From contig OZ024741.1 in NCBI GenBank assembly GCA_964016885.1, positions 393,080,001-393,144,000 on the forward strand: 64,000 nt of DNA. Reading direction: 5' to 3'. Below are positions 1-11,773 of the stretch, in pieces. The notes under the pieces are model-generated. The model was given only the letters and a program-made list of their open reading frames with translations, searched no databases and was not told the origin of the DNA. This stretch comes from Eledone cirrhosa. Its lineage: Eukaryota. The translations under genes and the position numbers were made by a program. Position 1 is the stretch's first letter. The number at the start of each line of letters is the position of its first letter.

Positions 1-229
1 TAAATTCCGACTATGGAAACAGAATTTGGAATCAAAAGGTCTGAGTAAACTTAGCCAAAACTAAAGTGCTAGTGAGTAGGAGAGAAGATAGGACCCTGAT
101 TCTTTCAGGGAAGTGGCCCTGCTCAATATGTAGAAAGGGAATAGGCATAAACTCGATATTATGTACACAAGAGATGTAGTTGGATAACAGGTAGACTAAT
201 AGGAAGAGAAGACTTTGCATATAGAAGAT

Positions 230-856
230 GCCCAGGGGTAACTGAAGGACTCATAGATGTGGTTGAAAGCTTCTACTATCTAAGCGATGTAATTAGCGAC
301 AGAGGAGGATGCTCTGAGAGAATAATAGCTACATTAAGGATAGGATGAAAAAAGTTCAGGGAGCTACTCCACAAAAGGTTTCTCCCTACATACAATAGGA
401 CACCTGTATGACGCCTGTGTGCAAAGTGCGATGCTGCATGGTAGTGAAACATGGGCTGTGTCTGTGGAGAACTGTAGGCTGGAGAGAAATGAAGCAACCA
501 TCCTCTGTTGGATGTGCAAAGTAAGTGTGAGAGAAAGGCAGAGCTTGGATGGGTTGAGGTAGAAGCTGGGTTTAAGTAGAATCTAAGGTGGCATGCAGGA
601 GAGAAGATGGCATTGGTATGGGCATGTGATACACATGGACAGTGATCATTAGGTGAAGAAGTGCCAAGAAATGCTAGGGGAAGGAAGCCACAATAGAGGT
701 AGACAAAGAAAGAACTGGCCAGATGTTGAGAGAGCTGACCTCAAATTACTGAGACTCACAGAGATGATGAAGAAACACAATAAGTGGAGAGATACCTTGC
801 CAAGAAGGATCCGCCCAAGCATGGAAAAATGGATATAAGAACGATGATAATGATGA

Positions 857-857
<1 letters not shown>
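230..857 (+). mobile_element. Degenerate 3' fragment of an RTE-clade LINE (RT C-terminal region)
   Basis: Frameshifted peptides DVVESFYYLSDVISDRGGCSE..IGWKKFRELL, AMLHGSETW and WYGHV, shared with other RTE copies in the window; (GAT)n-like tail. Confidence 0.75.
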
Positions 858-896
<39 letters not shown>

Positions 897-897
<1 letters not shown>

Positions 898-1082
898 TGT
901 TTCTACTTTTGGCACAAGGCCAGCAATTATCTCAGTGTATTACTGGTACTTTATTTTATCGACCCCGTAAGGATGAAAGGCAAAGTTAACCTCGGCGGGA
1001 TTTGAACTCAGAATGGCAAGGGCCGTAACTCTATGCGTCAAAGCATGGCGTCCGATCCTCTACCGATACTGCCAATCCACCA
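897..1082 (-). mobile_element. tRNA-derived SINE, family A
   Basis: Minus strand has A-box-like TGGCAGTATCGG and B-box GAGTTCAAATCC, then a core GCCTTTCATCCTTACGGGGTCGATAAAA resembling the Meta/MESC SINE core, and an (ATT)n tail; about 12 copies in the window. Confidence 0.85.
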
Positions 1083-1101
1083 TAATAATAATAATAATAA
1101 T

Positions 1102-1963
1102 GCTTTCTTTATTAATCACAAGGGTTGACACAGGACAATACAGGACAATACAAATGGGCATTTCTGCGTGTAAAAAAAACAAAAACAGAGGATGTTACAA
1201 AAAAAGAAACAATGAAAAATTCCCCAATAGGGGGGAGATTTCCGGGGGACATTCGTGGAGAAAGCCCATTAAAAAAGCCACAGTGACCCTGACCACCAGA
1301 GCAAGTGCCCTCTCCCAGTTTTCTACCTTCAATTTACAGGTGCATACTCAGGGCCATGCTTGCCTCTCTCACCCATCTTTCAACAAAATGCTGGGAAGAG
1401 AGTACTTCCCTCTCTATCCTGATTTTTCTTTTCAAATGAAATTTGAAGAAGTTAATCAGGACATCACTGAAGAGGTAAATGCTCGTCTTCAGCCCTTTCA
1501 AAGGCGTCCACCACACTATCTCTTTCGCCATGGCCACCAGACAGATAAAAACTGCCTGCCCTTCCCGGCTAAAGGAAGAGGGTGGGGCAATCCTCACGAT
1601 GGACACAGCTGATAACCGGATCCGTTCTACACGTGACAGCAGGTGATCGACATAAACCCACAAGTCAGTAGAGTTTATCCCGAACTGGCAAAGCTCCTCG
1701 GTAGCACTGCCAGGCCAGGGATTTCTGGAAGTTGTCCATGGGTCCCGGCCCGAAAGTTCTCCTGAAGAGAATGGCTAGTTGATTTTCGTCGACGACCAGA
1801 GTCTCCCCAAGTACGTCGTCGCTCTTCCCTTCCACTAACCCTCTATAGAACGGCAAGGTGGAGTTTCCACCAATCACATTGCCTGACTGGTTGAGAGCTG
1901 TAAGCACCTGAAGACATTCCAGTCTCCAAGCGCTCCCGCTCGGTCTTCGCTTGACCCAGGACT
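1102..1963 (-). mobile_element. 5'-truncated L1/Tx1-clade LINE 3' end
   Basis: ORFs 1665-1907 (..LAWQCYRGALPVRDKLY) and 1334-1663 resemble the Tx1 ORF2 C-terminus; minus strand ends AATAAA-GAAAGC-(ATT)n; (AAT)n on both flanks. Confidence 0.7.
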
Positions 1964-1988
1964 AATAATAATAATAATAATAATAATA

Positions 1989-2177
1989 ATTGTTTCTACT
2001 TTAGGCACAAGGCCAGCAATTACCCAGTTCATTACTGGTACTTTATTTTATCGACCCCGTAAGGATGAAAGGCAAAGTCAACCTCGGCGGGATTTGAACT
2101 CAGTTCGTAAAGGGACGTAACTATGCTGGAAAGCATGGCGTCCGACCCTCCACCGATACTGCCAATCCACCGCCCTT
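1989..2177 (-). mobile_element. tRNA-derived SINE, family A
   Basis: Near-identical to 897-1082; B-box ggatttgaactc on the + strand. Confidence 0.85.
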
Positions 2178-2194
2178 AAATAATAATAATAATA

Positions 2195-2416
2195 ATAATA
2201 GGTGCACTAGGTACTATCTCAAAGAGTTTCCAAGGATGGTTAAAGAAAGTTAGTCCAGCCCCGCTTTTTGGAACACTTCAAAAGGTATGCTTGCTGGGAA
2301 CAGCAAGAACCCTCCGATACGTCCTGAATATCTGAGGCTGCAGGTAGCGGCTTGATATTCATTTCAACAAAACTTTCTAGTTAAATAACATCAATGACTG
2401 AGACTCAAAGAACAAC

Positions 2417-2445
<29 letters not shown>
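2195..2445 (+). mobile_element. 3' tip of a Dong/R4-like (RLE) non-LTR retrotransposon
   Basis: Translates IIGALGTISKSFQGWLKKVSPAPLFGTLQKVCLLGTARTLRYVLNI*, the typical RLE C-terminus; (TAA)n on both sides. Confidence 0.75.
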
Positions 2446-2447
<2 letters not shown>

Positions 2448-2789
2448 GAAAGATATACACTTTATATTATCTCTATTTCATATATCATAACATTATAACA
2501 TAACATGTCCTTATCAGACAAAATACATAGGAGATGTATAATTTTTCATGATATGCTGATAGCTAATGAGCTGGACAGATCAGTGACCACCAAGCATATA
2601 TCTTTTTTTATTGATCAATATATATGAATAGTTACTGGACAGTAAGATTAATGACACGTTAAACTAGTAGCATATCAATGGATAGAAAAACACTTCTCAA
2701 TTCATCTGAAGAAAATGTGTAACGTGATTATTATATAACTACCTTTGCATCTTTGAAATATATATACTGAATTAAACAATAAAATGAAG

Positions 2790-3048
2790 ATGTGAGTTCA
2801 ATTCTCAGACCGGGTGATGTGTTGTTTCCTTGAGCAAGACACTTTATTTCACATTGCTCCAGTTTACTCAGCTGTAGAAATGAGATGATAGGGACTGGGG
2901 TCCCTATCATTCCACTGCAAAGTGGTCGCGGAGGTGCAACGGCAAAAAAGCACCCAGCACTCTGTAGTTGGTGTTAGGAAGGGCATCCAGCTGTAGAAAT
3001 CAGTTCCCGTCCCACCCTTTGAAGCAGGGAAAAGAGACGTAAAAATGA

Positions 3049-3052
<4 letters not shown>
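2790..3052 (+). mobile_element. CORE-type SINE with RTE-derived tail, family B (5'-truncated)
   Basis: B-box GAGTTCAATTC, CORE-like CCTTGAGCAAGACACTT, tail ending GACGTAAAATGATGAT; matches 42150-42541. Confidence 0.8.
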
Positions 3053-3093
<41 letters not shown>

Positions 3094-3205
3094 ACCAAAT
3101 GTTTAACCATTTTCCTATTACCCACTCTACTACACTAATTATTGAGTACTCTAGTGCGTTATGGTCCATCTGGTTCCTTACCACACTTCCTTCATTATAT
3201 ATATA

Positions 3206-4079
3206 CGAGGTGTGTAAGAAAAGTTCCAGGACTGATGTCACAAAAGATTTATTTCAAACCCAAACTTCACACTAAGAGTTTTCTCCTTCAAAGTAATCCC
3301 CCTGGAGTATGTAACTGTAATCTTAGCTCTCTGCAGCGATCAAACTTTTTTCTTCATAATTTTATATACATGTCCTCTGTTTCAGGTCGTCAAGCAATGA
3401 GCACAGAGCAACGAACAAACTTGAAAACTCCGTCAGAAGCACTGGGATTGCTGCAGCAAGTGTATGGAGATGAGACGATGGAGTGGTACAAGAGGTTTAA
3501 AGAAGGACGCGAGGACATGGGAGATGACCCCAGGAGCGGAAGGCCCTCAACAACCAGGACTGAGGTCAACGTTGAGCGCATCAGGCAGATGGTGCGTAGC
3601 GGTCGTCGGCTGACTGTTCGACTGATGGCAAATGAGCTGGGCATGAATCGGGACAGCGTCTGGAAGATTCTAAAGATTTGGACATGCGGAAAGTCTGCGC
3701 GAAGATGGTGCCAAAACTGCTGAACGATGACCAGAACGGTCGACGCATGCAAGTGTGCCAGGACATCCTCGAGCGTCTTGAAACCAAACCAGACTTGCTA
3801 GGGACAGTCATCACCGGTGATGAGTTATGGATCTTCGAGTACGACCCGGAGGGGACCCGTTTTGAAGAAGTGGACGACATCAAAAAGGCCGTGACGATGG
3901 AACTGCGGAGGATCCCGGAAGAATCCTTCCAGGAGTGCATGCAAGCGTGGCAGAAAAGGATGGAAAAGTCCATTAGACTCCAGGGGGATTACTTTGAAGG
4001 AGAAAACTCTTATTGTGAAGTTTGGGTTTGAAATAAATCTTTTGTGACATCAGTCCTGGAACTTTTCTGATCCACCTCG
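3206..4079 (+). mobile_element. Non-autonomous, internally deleted mariner DNA transposon
   Basis: TA duplication at 3204-3205 and 4080-4081; ~103-bp TIRs starting CGAGG; transposase remnants (DDPRSGRP, MVPKLL, ITGDELW, GDYFE); catalytic core deleted near 3851. Confidence 0.92.
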
Positions 4080-4097
4080 TATACATATATAAAGAGG

Positions 4098-4135
<38 letters not shown>

Positions 4136-4423
4136 TTACTCCAAATGAAATTAGGATTATTCTGTATCATATAATAAAAGGTATAAGAATATACAAAGAA
4201 TGAAATATGACATAATTAATGGCAAGTAACAATCTTTTGGTCCTTAAGTTATTTAAGATATGAATCTCAGATTAGAATTTTGAAATTGAATATAAAATAA
4301 TTGATTTTGAAATAAAATGCTATATCATATCTTCATCACAAATAGCAAGAGAATCCAATATTTTGGCAAGGAGTATAGTCAATTTAATTGATCTTCAGTA
4401 TTTGACTTGTATTATCAATCCTG

Positions 4424-4646
4424 AGGGCAGTGGATTGGCACTATTGGTAGAACGTTGGACAACAGGCTTTGCAGCATATAGTTATGGCCCTTTATATTCT
4501 GAGTTCAAATTCTGCCGAAGTTAGCTTTGCCTTTCATCCTTATGGGGTCGATAAAATAAAGCACCAGTAATACCCTGGGGTCGATTTAATCAACCTTCTC
4601 CTCCTCCTAAATTGTTGGCCTTGTGTCTAAATTACAAACCATTATT
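4424..4646 (+). mobile_element. tRNA-derived SINE, family A, with target-site duplication
   Basis: A/B boxes and core present; TTATCAATCCTG repeated at 4412-4423 and 4647-4658. Confidence 0.85.
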
Positions 4647-5568
4647 TTATCAATCCTGGAAGTATGAAAAGCCAAGGTGATCTCAGTGGGACTTCAACTC
4701 AGAATAAGAAAAAAAGGACAGTAATGATTCAAATTTTAATTTTGTTACAGAGGTATAATTAATTTATCATTCCTCAATACTTTGCTGGGTTTATTTTATG
4801 GGTCTCAGATTTATCAAAAGCAAATTTCATGTTGGTGAAATGTAAACTCAGAATATCAAGCAATATAACTATGTACTATATAATATTTTACCTAGCACTG
4901 TATCATCACTAATTTTAAGTAAGAGAGAAACATGAAATAATGAAGCAAGATTTAAGACATGTTTGGATATGTCACTTTGTCACTTTACAAATCAATAATT
5001 TTCTTTTGACAAATCTTAATTAGGAAGGTTAGAGTTGATTGAATGAACACCATGGCTAAGTAGAGGAAAATAAACAAGAAATAGTAGGGTATTCAACATC
5101 AATGACTAGACAATATTAAAAACAAAAGGTGGGGCATGGACAAAAGATAACAGTTGAGTTTAGATACCTTCCTATGCTATTGAAGAGAAGTGGATGTAAA
5201 AAGGACATTTTCTTTTTGCTATTGGTCGAAAAACTTAAAGATTTTATGACATCATTATATCATGGTCATGTGACCACCACGTGACTATAGATTGTTAATT
5301 ATATTTCCACATTCTCTTCTTCCTATTTAATCTAACAATATGAATTAAATTAAACAATAATGGGTCCTTACCTTTTTCAGTTCTTTTCAACAAAGCTCTT
5401 ATTGTACTTGTACTCTTAGTAAGTCTCATGTATTTCTTGACAAAGCATTGTCACATTATGGTCTCTTCCAGTACATCAAAGTTGACAGGTGTTAAATAAT
5501 CTAACATGCATTACTATTGAAACTAGGACAGGTATTTTGGATTGAGGGCACTTTCAATGATTAGATGT

Positions 5569-5754
5569 TTACAAACGATGTATACTCTTTCTTTGTGGGG
5601 TATACAAAAACACATAATATACCACCATGAAAATGCTAAGAAATGCCATTAACCCCAAATAGAATGCCACTTCTATTATTTTTCTCTTAGTAGTTGGTGA
5701 TATATAGAAGTACTTCTTCTCAACAAATTTATTTTTCAATTTGCTTATATCCAT
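5569..5754 (-). CDS. Candidate 61-aa small single-pass membrane protein, or first coding exon
   Basis: Strong Kozak context ACAACCATGG; basic N-terminus followed by a ~25-aa hydrophobic stretch (IIEVAFYLGLMAFLSIFMVVYYVFLY); non-repetitive sequence; no homology recognised. Confidence 0.3.
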   Translation of the reverse strand: MDISKLKNKFVEKKYFYISPTTKRKIIEVAFYLGLMAFLSIFMVVYYVFLYTPQRKSIHRL

Positions 5755-8164
5755 GGTTGTTAGACAAGTCAGTAAATACAAAACAGTAGTGTGTGATAGT
5801 TATTGTAAGGGAGAGAGAAAGAGAAAGAGATTTTTAAAAAACAACAAAAGAGATAAAGTGAAGGATGGGAAAGAGAGATTATGATAAACTCAACTGATTG
5901 TGCAGAATTCTCAGTTACTAAAATGTTTCTCTCTAAGCTGCCACTATATTTCACTTAAGAAGCCTTGGTCCAATCGATGAATAATCTGGGCAGTGAATAA
6001 TTTTGTCAAATTTAATGGTTTTGTCTAATTTATCTTTTAAGTAGACTTATTACACAGAACAAGGTCAAAATCATGTCTATTAGATTCTGAAATAAAATAT
6101 TTTTGAAATGTCTAAATTTAAATAAATGTGTAAATTCACTTTTTATCTGATGAAAATTTAAAATAGAAAATGTATTATGCTTATATCAATAATTATGCAG
6201 ATTACTGATATATAACACACCTCAGTAATAATAACCTTGACTAAAGCTAATCAGGATTAGTTTTGTATTAAGTTATTTGTCCCTTAGCAGCCAGCACACT
6301 AAGCAGAATTACGTATAGATTCTTTCTAATGTAATTAAATTAAGCTTTGAAAAAATGTCAATCTGAATCAGTCTGATGTACTCACTGATTTAAAATATTA
6401 AATAAGTAATGAACTTGTTATAAATATATTTAAAATACATTTCAGACAACAGATCTTATTTACATGAGTAACAGTGGAATTAGGGAGTACATAAATATTT
6501 TAGTTTGTTGTCATCTGTTAAAGAAATACATAACAGATGACTAAGATTGATAGTTTGAGATTTTCTAATATCAACAAAAGGTAATCCACATTGACTGTCT
6601 TGATGCAAATAGCAATCATATCTTAAATAAAAAGAGAGGGATAGCTTTTAAATATGTCTTTAATATGAAATAGAATTATCAAATAGAAAAACATGTTATA
6701 AATTTACAAACATATACTTCAAATATTTATGAGATGCAAAATTACTTAACACTTAACATTCTATATCACATGAAACTGCATTAGCAAGACATTTTCAAAA
6801 AGTAGAAAACCATGTTTTGACTGTTTCACATTAAAAATTCAAGTCTTTAACTCTAATACTACATATTTTCACAATGATCTGTCCACTGGGTGCAGGCATA
6901 AGTGTGTGGTTAAGGGGATTGCTTCACAGTCGCATGGTTCTGGGTTCAGTTCTTCTTGAATGTTCATCTTTCATGATTGGCTTTTACCTGAACTAAAGAA
7001 ATTCCACTAAAAGCTGCAAATTGGAATGTGCTTGATTGCTGGACAAAGCTCAGGTGTTCAAATATTGGCAAAGTTAAATTTGCCTTTCAACTTTTCAGTA
7101 TTGACAAATTAATATAAACTAGCAGTGGATTTGTTAGTGTCTTTGCAATATTTGTCCTACTGAGGTGATTAACTTAATCCATTGTCAGAATTAAAACTAC
7201 CATCTGGCACTTGGATGCCTTTAGCAGAGTCTATTCTGTTGCAAGCATTTTAAACATGTAGCTAATCCTTCAGTCAGAGATCCCTAGAAGAATCATGGTC
7301 ACTGTCTAATTGATTTAAAAAAATAAATCCTGCATTTCCATCTTTTTTGCTAACTTAACTGCTGTTGCTTCTCTTGAACCAGCCTTTCAATGTTTCATTG
7401 AGCTGACTGTATGTTTTTGGCCATGTAACTTTGGATTTTCTTATTCATATCGTCTGCTTTGTACCTCAAATGTAGAAGGAGAATTGCAGGAATAACTAGT
7501 TACTTCTATCCATATTTGAAATGGAGTAATATCCATAACAGGATGGCCTTTCTCATTAATTCTTAATGTCTTGTACTGCATCAAACTACATTAGTGAGGC
7601 ATTCTTGAAAAGTACAAAACAGTACTATAACTGCATTGCAATAACAATTAGTCTTTAATAAATAAAAAATGTTCACAATGAACTATTTGCTAGTAAAGAT
7701 ACTATAATAATTTGAATTAACAAACCTGTTTTTAGATATTTTCTGCTAAATTACAAGATGTTAAGAGCTAAATAGAATTTTTTCACATCATTTGATCAGC
7801 CATTACAATATTTTTTTTTAAAGGTTAACAATGATGATGAAACAAAAAATAAGACAAAATCTTTTTTAAAAAAATCAGTTGCTTTATTTTCCTTTGCATC
7901 CAAATACACAAATTTGCAAATGGTATCAACAGAACCAGAAATGGCAGAACCATGTGTGGTCATGTGATTATTGAAGTTTTTAAAATTTTATATTGTTTGT
8001 TTATTGTTTAGTCATTACATTTGTTTATTTTGAAAACTTTTCATTAACAAGATTTTCTGTTATTTAAAAGATGTGGGGCAAAAAGGAAAAAAATAAATAA
8101 AAAGAAAAAGCATATAAAAGAAAGAAACAAGCAAACATGCATGCAATAATAATAATAATAATGG

Positions 8165-8376
8165 ATTCTGATTTAGGCACAAGGCCAGCAATTTTGGGGG
8201 AGGGAAAGTCAATTAAATCGACCCCAGTACATTACTGGTGCTTTACTTTATCGACCCCGTAAGGATGAAAGGCAAAGCTAACCTCAGCAGGATTTTAACT
8301 CAGAACGTAAAGGGCCATAACTCTATGCCACAAAGCATCTTGTCCGACGCCCAACTGATACTGCCAATCCACCATC
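8165..8376 (-). mobile_element. tRNA-derived SINE, family A
   Basis: Same core and tail as 897-1082; (AAT)n flanks. Confidence 0.8.
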
Positions 8377-9591
8377 CTAATGATAATAATAATAATAATA
8401 ATAATAACAACAATGTTCCTCTTATGTATGGATGAAAATTTGAATTGAAGCTATGAATGTTGAAGCCTTTTTTAATGAAATCAAAAATGCAAATAGAATA
8501 TTTCTCTATGGGAATTGTATCAGTCATGAGTTTGCTGAGTGTCGCACATCAGCAATCATCATTTTAATAACAACTGAAAATGTAATTAAAGCTATATGTT
8601 ATAGCATTGTGGACTATAGAATCTATCAGCATATCGTTTAAGGTAATCCAAGTAGAGGTTATGAGTAATCCGTACTGTGGATGATTCTAATGTTTGGCGT
8701 TGTTTGACTCAACAAGATGTTTACTTAGTTGTGGTATTCGGGTGGCCAATTCCAGACAGTTCCTAGGTAAACAATTTCCACCAGCCAAATTGTCAAAATA
8801 CTATTTTGATCATTTCGCTGGTGGAAACTGTACTTAAAATCGATTGTCATAGAAACACTGCAAACAGCGATTTTGATTTTTAAACACACTAGACCAATGA
8901 AACATTTGTTAATACTTGGAATAAACCCTAACGTATAGCTGATCCATGTTATTCTTCACTCCTTTATTATATATATATATGTATTTGTGTCCCACACACT
9001 TTTCTGTGCTACCATAAATAGGTCAATGGTGATGTATTTGGAAAATTTGGTAAATGTTTCACAATTCAAATACATAAACTAAGTGTATTCTATATGCAGA
9101 TCAGTAAACAAAACTTTATATGTGTGTGAATATATATATATATATATATATATGGATGGATGGATGGATGGATGTGTATAATGTACATATATGTGCGTGT
9201 GTGTGTATGTACACACACATGCCATTAACATTTAGGTGCATATTGTATACAAATATTTTGAAACGATTAAAAGGATTGGTGCCAGGAAGTAAAACCCGGT
9301 CTCCCTCACCTGTTTAAGCAGGTAAAATGGCCTTAAAATGCTTGTTGAGTATATGAGGCAGAACTCCTCTTTCAAGGATGTTATATTGAAGACATGACTG
9401 TGTTCAATTTTAACTTATTTTCCATATTTATTTATGTTTAGTTTGGAACAGCAATCCTAAGTCCATCAATTTTTCTTTTTTTTATCTCCTTAGACTTATC
9501 ATTTTCATGAAGTGACTATTAACAGCTTTTTATGTGGCTAGCAAGAATCATAGATGTCACAGATAATATGATCATTGGTTGTTTGAAAAGG

Positions 9592-9838
9592 TTAACTCTT
9601 TTGATACCAAACTGCCTGAAATTACCCCTGGGTCTCCGATACAAAACTGTTTAATCTAAAATGTTTATATTAATCTAAATATTTTCCAGCATAATTTTAT
9701 GTAAGAACTTCCAAACAACAGCTTAATAATGAAAATATTAGTTATAGTACAAAATGCCTCCAATTCTTGATTATTTTCAAAATTATTTGAAAATCACAGG
9801 TGTCTTTCATTAGATATATGGTAATAAAAAGTTTATTG
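9592..9838. mobile_element. Old ~240-bp interspersed repeat, possibly a TTAA-target MITE
   Basis: Similar to 63340-63568 (ttaac..tttgataccaaactgcctgaaa..); starts at TTAA. Confidence 0.4.
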
Positions 9839-10744
9839 CTAATGTGCTGTCTTTGTTTATTAATTTTTAGTTTTATTTTGCTATTAATATACTCAAACAA
9901 AATCAGGTCTTTCAATATAATTTATACAGACATATGTGTGTGCTCCAATTGTGATTTTCATAAATTTTGTAAAACCTATTTATGCATTTTTAACTCTAAC
10001 AGTTATTCCAATGATATTTAAAATCCTATTGTAACTTTTTACAAGCGTTATAAATTAATTACATTCTGTAAAATACAATCCTGCATATTATATATATATA
10101 TTTATCACCACTTAGCCAATGTGGTTAGAGCAAAACGGTGGATAGTATGAATGAGGAATGTGACACAGTTAAGTGCAAAAGTGAAGAGAAGTGTATCTTC
10201 ATCTATATGTATTTGAAAGAGCATCTTTAACACAAAAGATGTCTTTGCATTGTTAAGCAAACAATTAACAAAAATGGAAATGAAAATTAGAAAAAAACTT
10301 ATGTCAATAATTTAATCTTAAGATTTTCTGGTCAAGAAGAAAAAATATTTACACATGCACATATTATGGCATGTAGCTTGTGAAATATTCATATTTTATA
10401 ACAAACACATAAATAGCAATTTAGAAACTCTAGGGGAAAAACATAGTGTGTGTGTTTAAATTTAGTTTTGAGGTAGTTTTGAAAAATTACTATATTAAAT
10501 AAATTAGTATTTTCTTTTCTTTTATTATTTATTAACATATATTCTCATTTAATGCGTTTGTATTTATGTATTTATAAGTGGTATAATTATTTTTATATTG
10601 CTGTCAGTGAAGATTGTTTCATCATCAATCAATAAGATCCCAGATCTCATTCGCTTACCAAGTGGGATGGAACTCGTCAATAAGATGAAGAAAACAATGT
10701 TTCTATTAGTCTTTCCATTGTTGATACTATCTTCTGGTCACAGC

Positions 10745-10857
10745 CCCTCGCAGAAAGAGCAATGTGAAATAAAGTGTCTTCCTCAAGGACATAACACATC
10801 ATCCGGTTCGGGAATTGAATTCACAACCTCATGATTGTGAATCCAATTCTCTAACAA
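10745..10857 (-). mobile_element. CORE-SINE head fragment
   Basis: gtgaaataaagtgtcttcctcaaggacataac..ggaattgaattcacaacc, the reverse complement of the family B head/CORE region. Confidence 0.65.
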
Positions 10858-11559
10858 ATATCAGCAAAAATAAATAATAAGCATATTATTGAAATTAATC
10901 AAATGTTTCATGTTACAATTGCATCTTGAATATTGAACTTTGCAAGTGCACATACAAATACATTTGCTTCACAAAAATATGACCATATATACAGTGAATG
11001 TAGAAATAATATTGTGATGATAGTGGCTGTTTAAAAGTTCCCCCAGAAATATAAATATTTAACATTATTGGTTAGTTGTTTTTGCCATTATAATGCATTA
11101 TAAATTTACAAAAAATACAAACCAAGGAAAAGTGAAGTATCAGTTTGTTTTTTTATTTTCATTGTTTAACTCATTTCATTAACTTCAGTAGTGAAATATT
11201 TTTCTGAGAGAAAATATACCAACAGGTAAATATGAAAATTAACAAAACACACACACACACACACACACTAGTTTATAAAGATAATTCTGTTATCCATAAA
11301 TAAGTTATTAAATAAACATTTGGAATTAGATATATTTGTTAATATCATAGAAAATGATTTTAAAAAAATAAATAAATAAAAAATAAATGATGAGACTAAA
11401 TAGGTCAGAGGGTGGCTAGGAAACAATCTAAACTATATATTGCTATTAGGAAACACTATAAAAACGTTATTCTTAGTAGTGGATTTTCTTCTCATATATC
11501 TTCACTATATTAAACAAAAGTATATCATTACATATTATATATATATATGTATATATATG

Positions 11560-11737
11560 TATATTATAAATAGTCAGGACCCCGACAACTGAGCTCTTGC
11601 CATTTCAACAGCCAGTTCCAGCAAGAGCTCAGCCGTCGAAGGTCCTGACTCTTTATAATATAACCATACTCTACTACCCCAAGCATCGAGTACTCTTTTG
11701 AGAAATGGTCTAACCAGTTTCAAACTGAATCCATCCT

Positions 11738-11740
<3 letters not shown>
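11560..11740. repeat. Fold-back element: ~42-bp inverted arms, 20-nt loop, ~78-nt one-sided extension, within (TA)n
   Basis: 11560-11600 is the near reverse complement of 11621-11662. Confidence 0.8.

Positions 11741-11773
<33 letters not shown>

Noticed and set aside
897-1082. SINE heads as tRNA genes
   Set aside because: A/B boxes are present but there is no full cloverleaf, and the heads are always fused to a SINE core and tail
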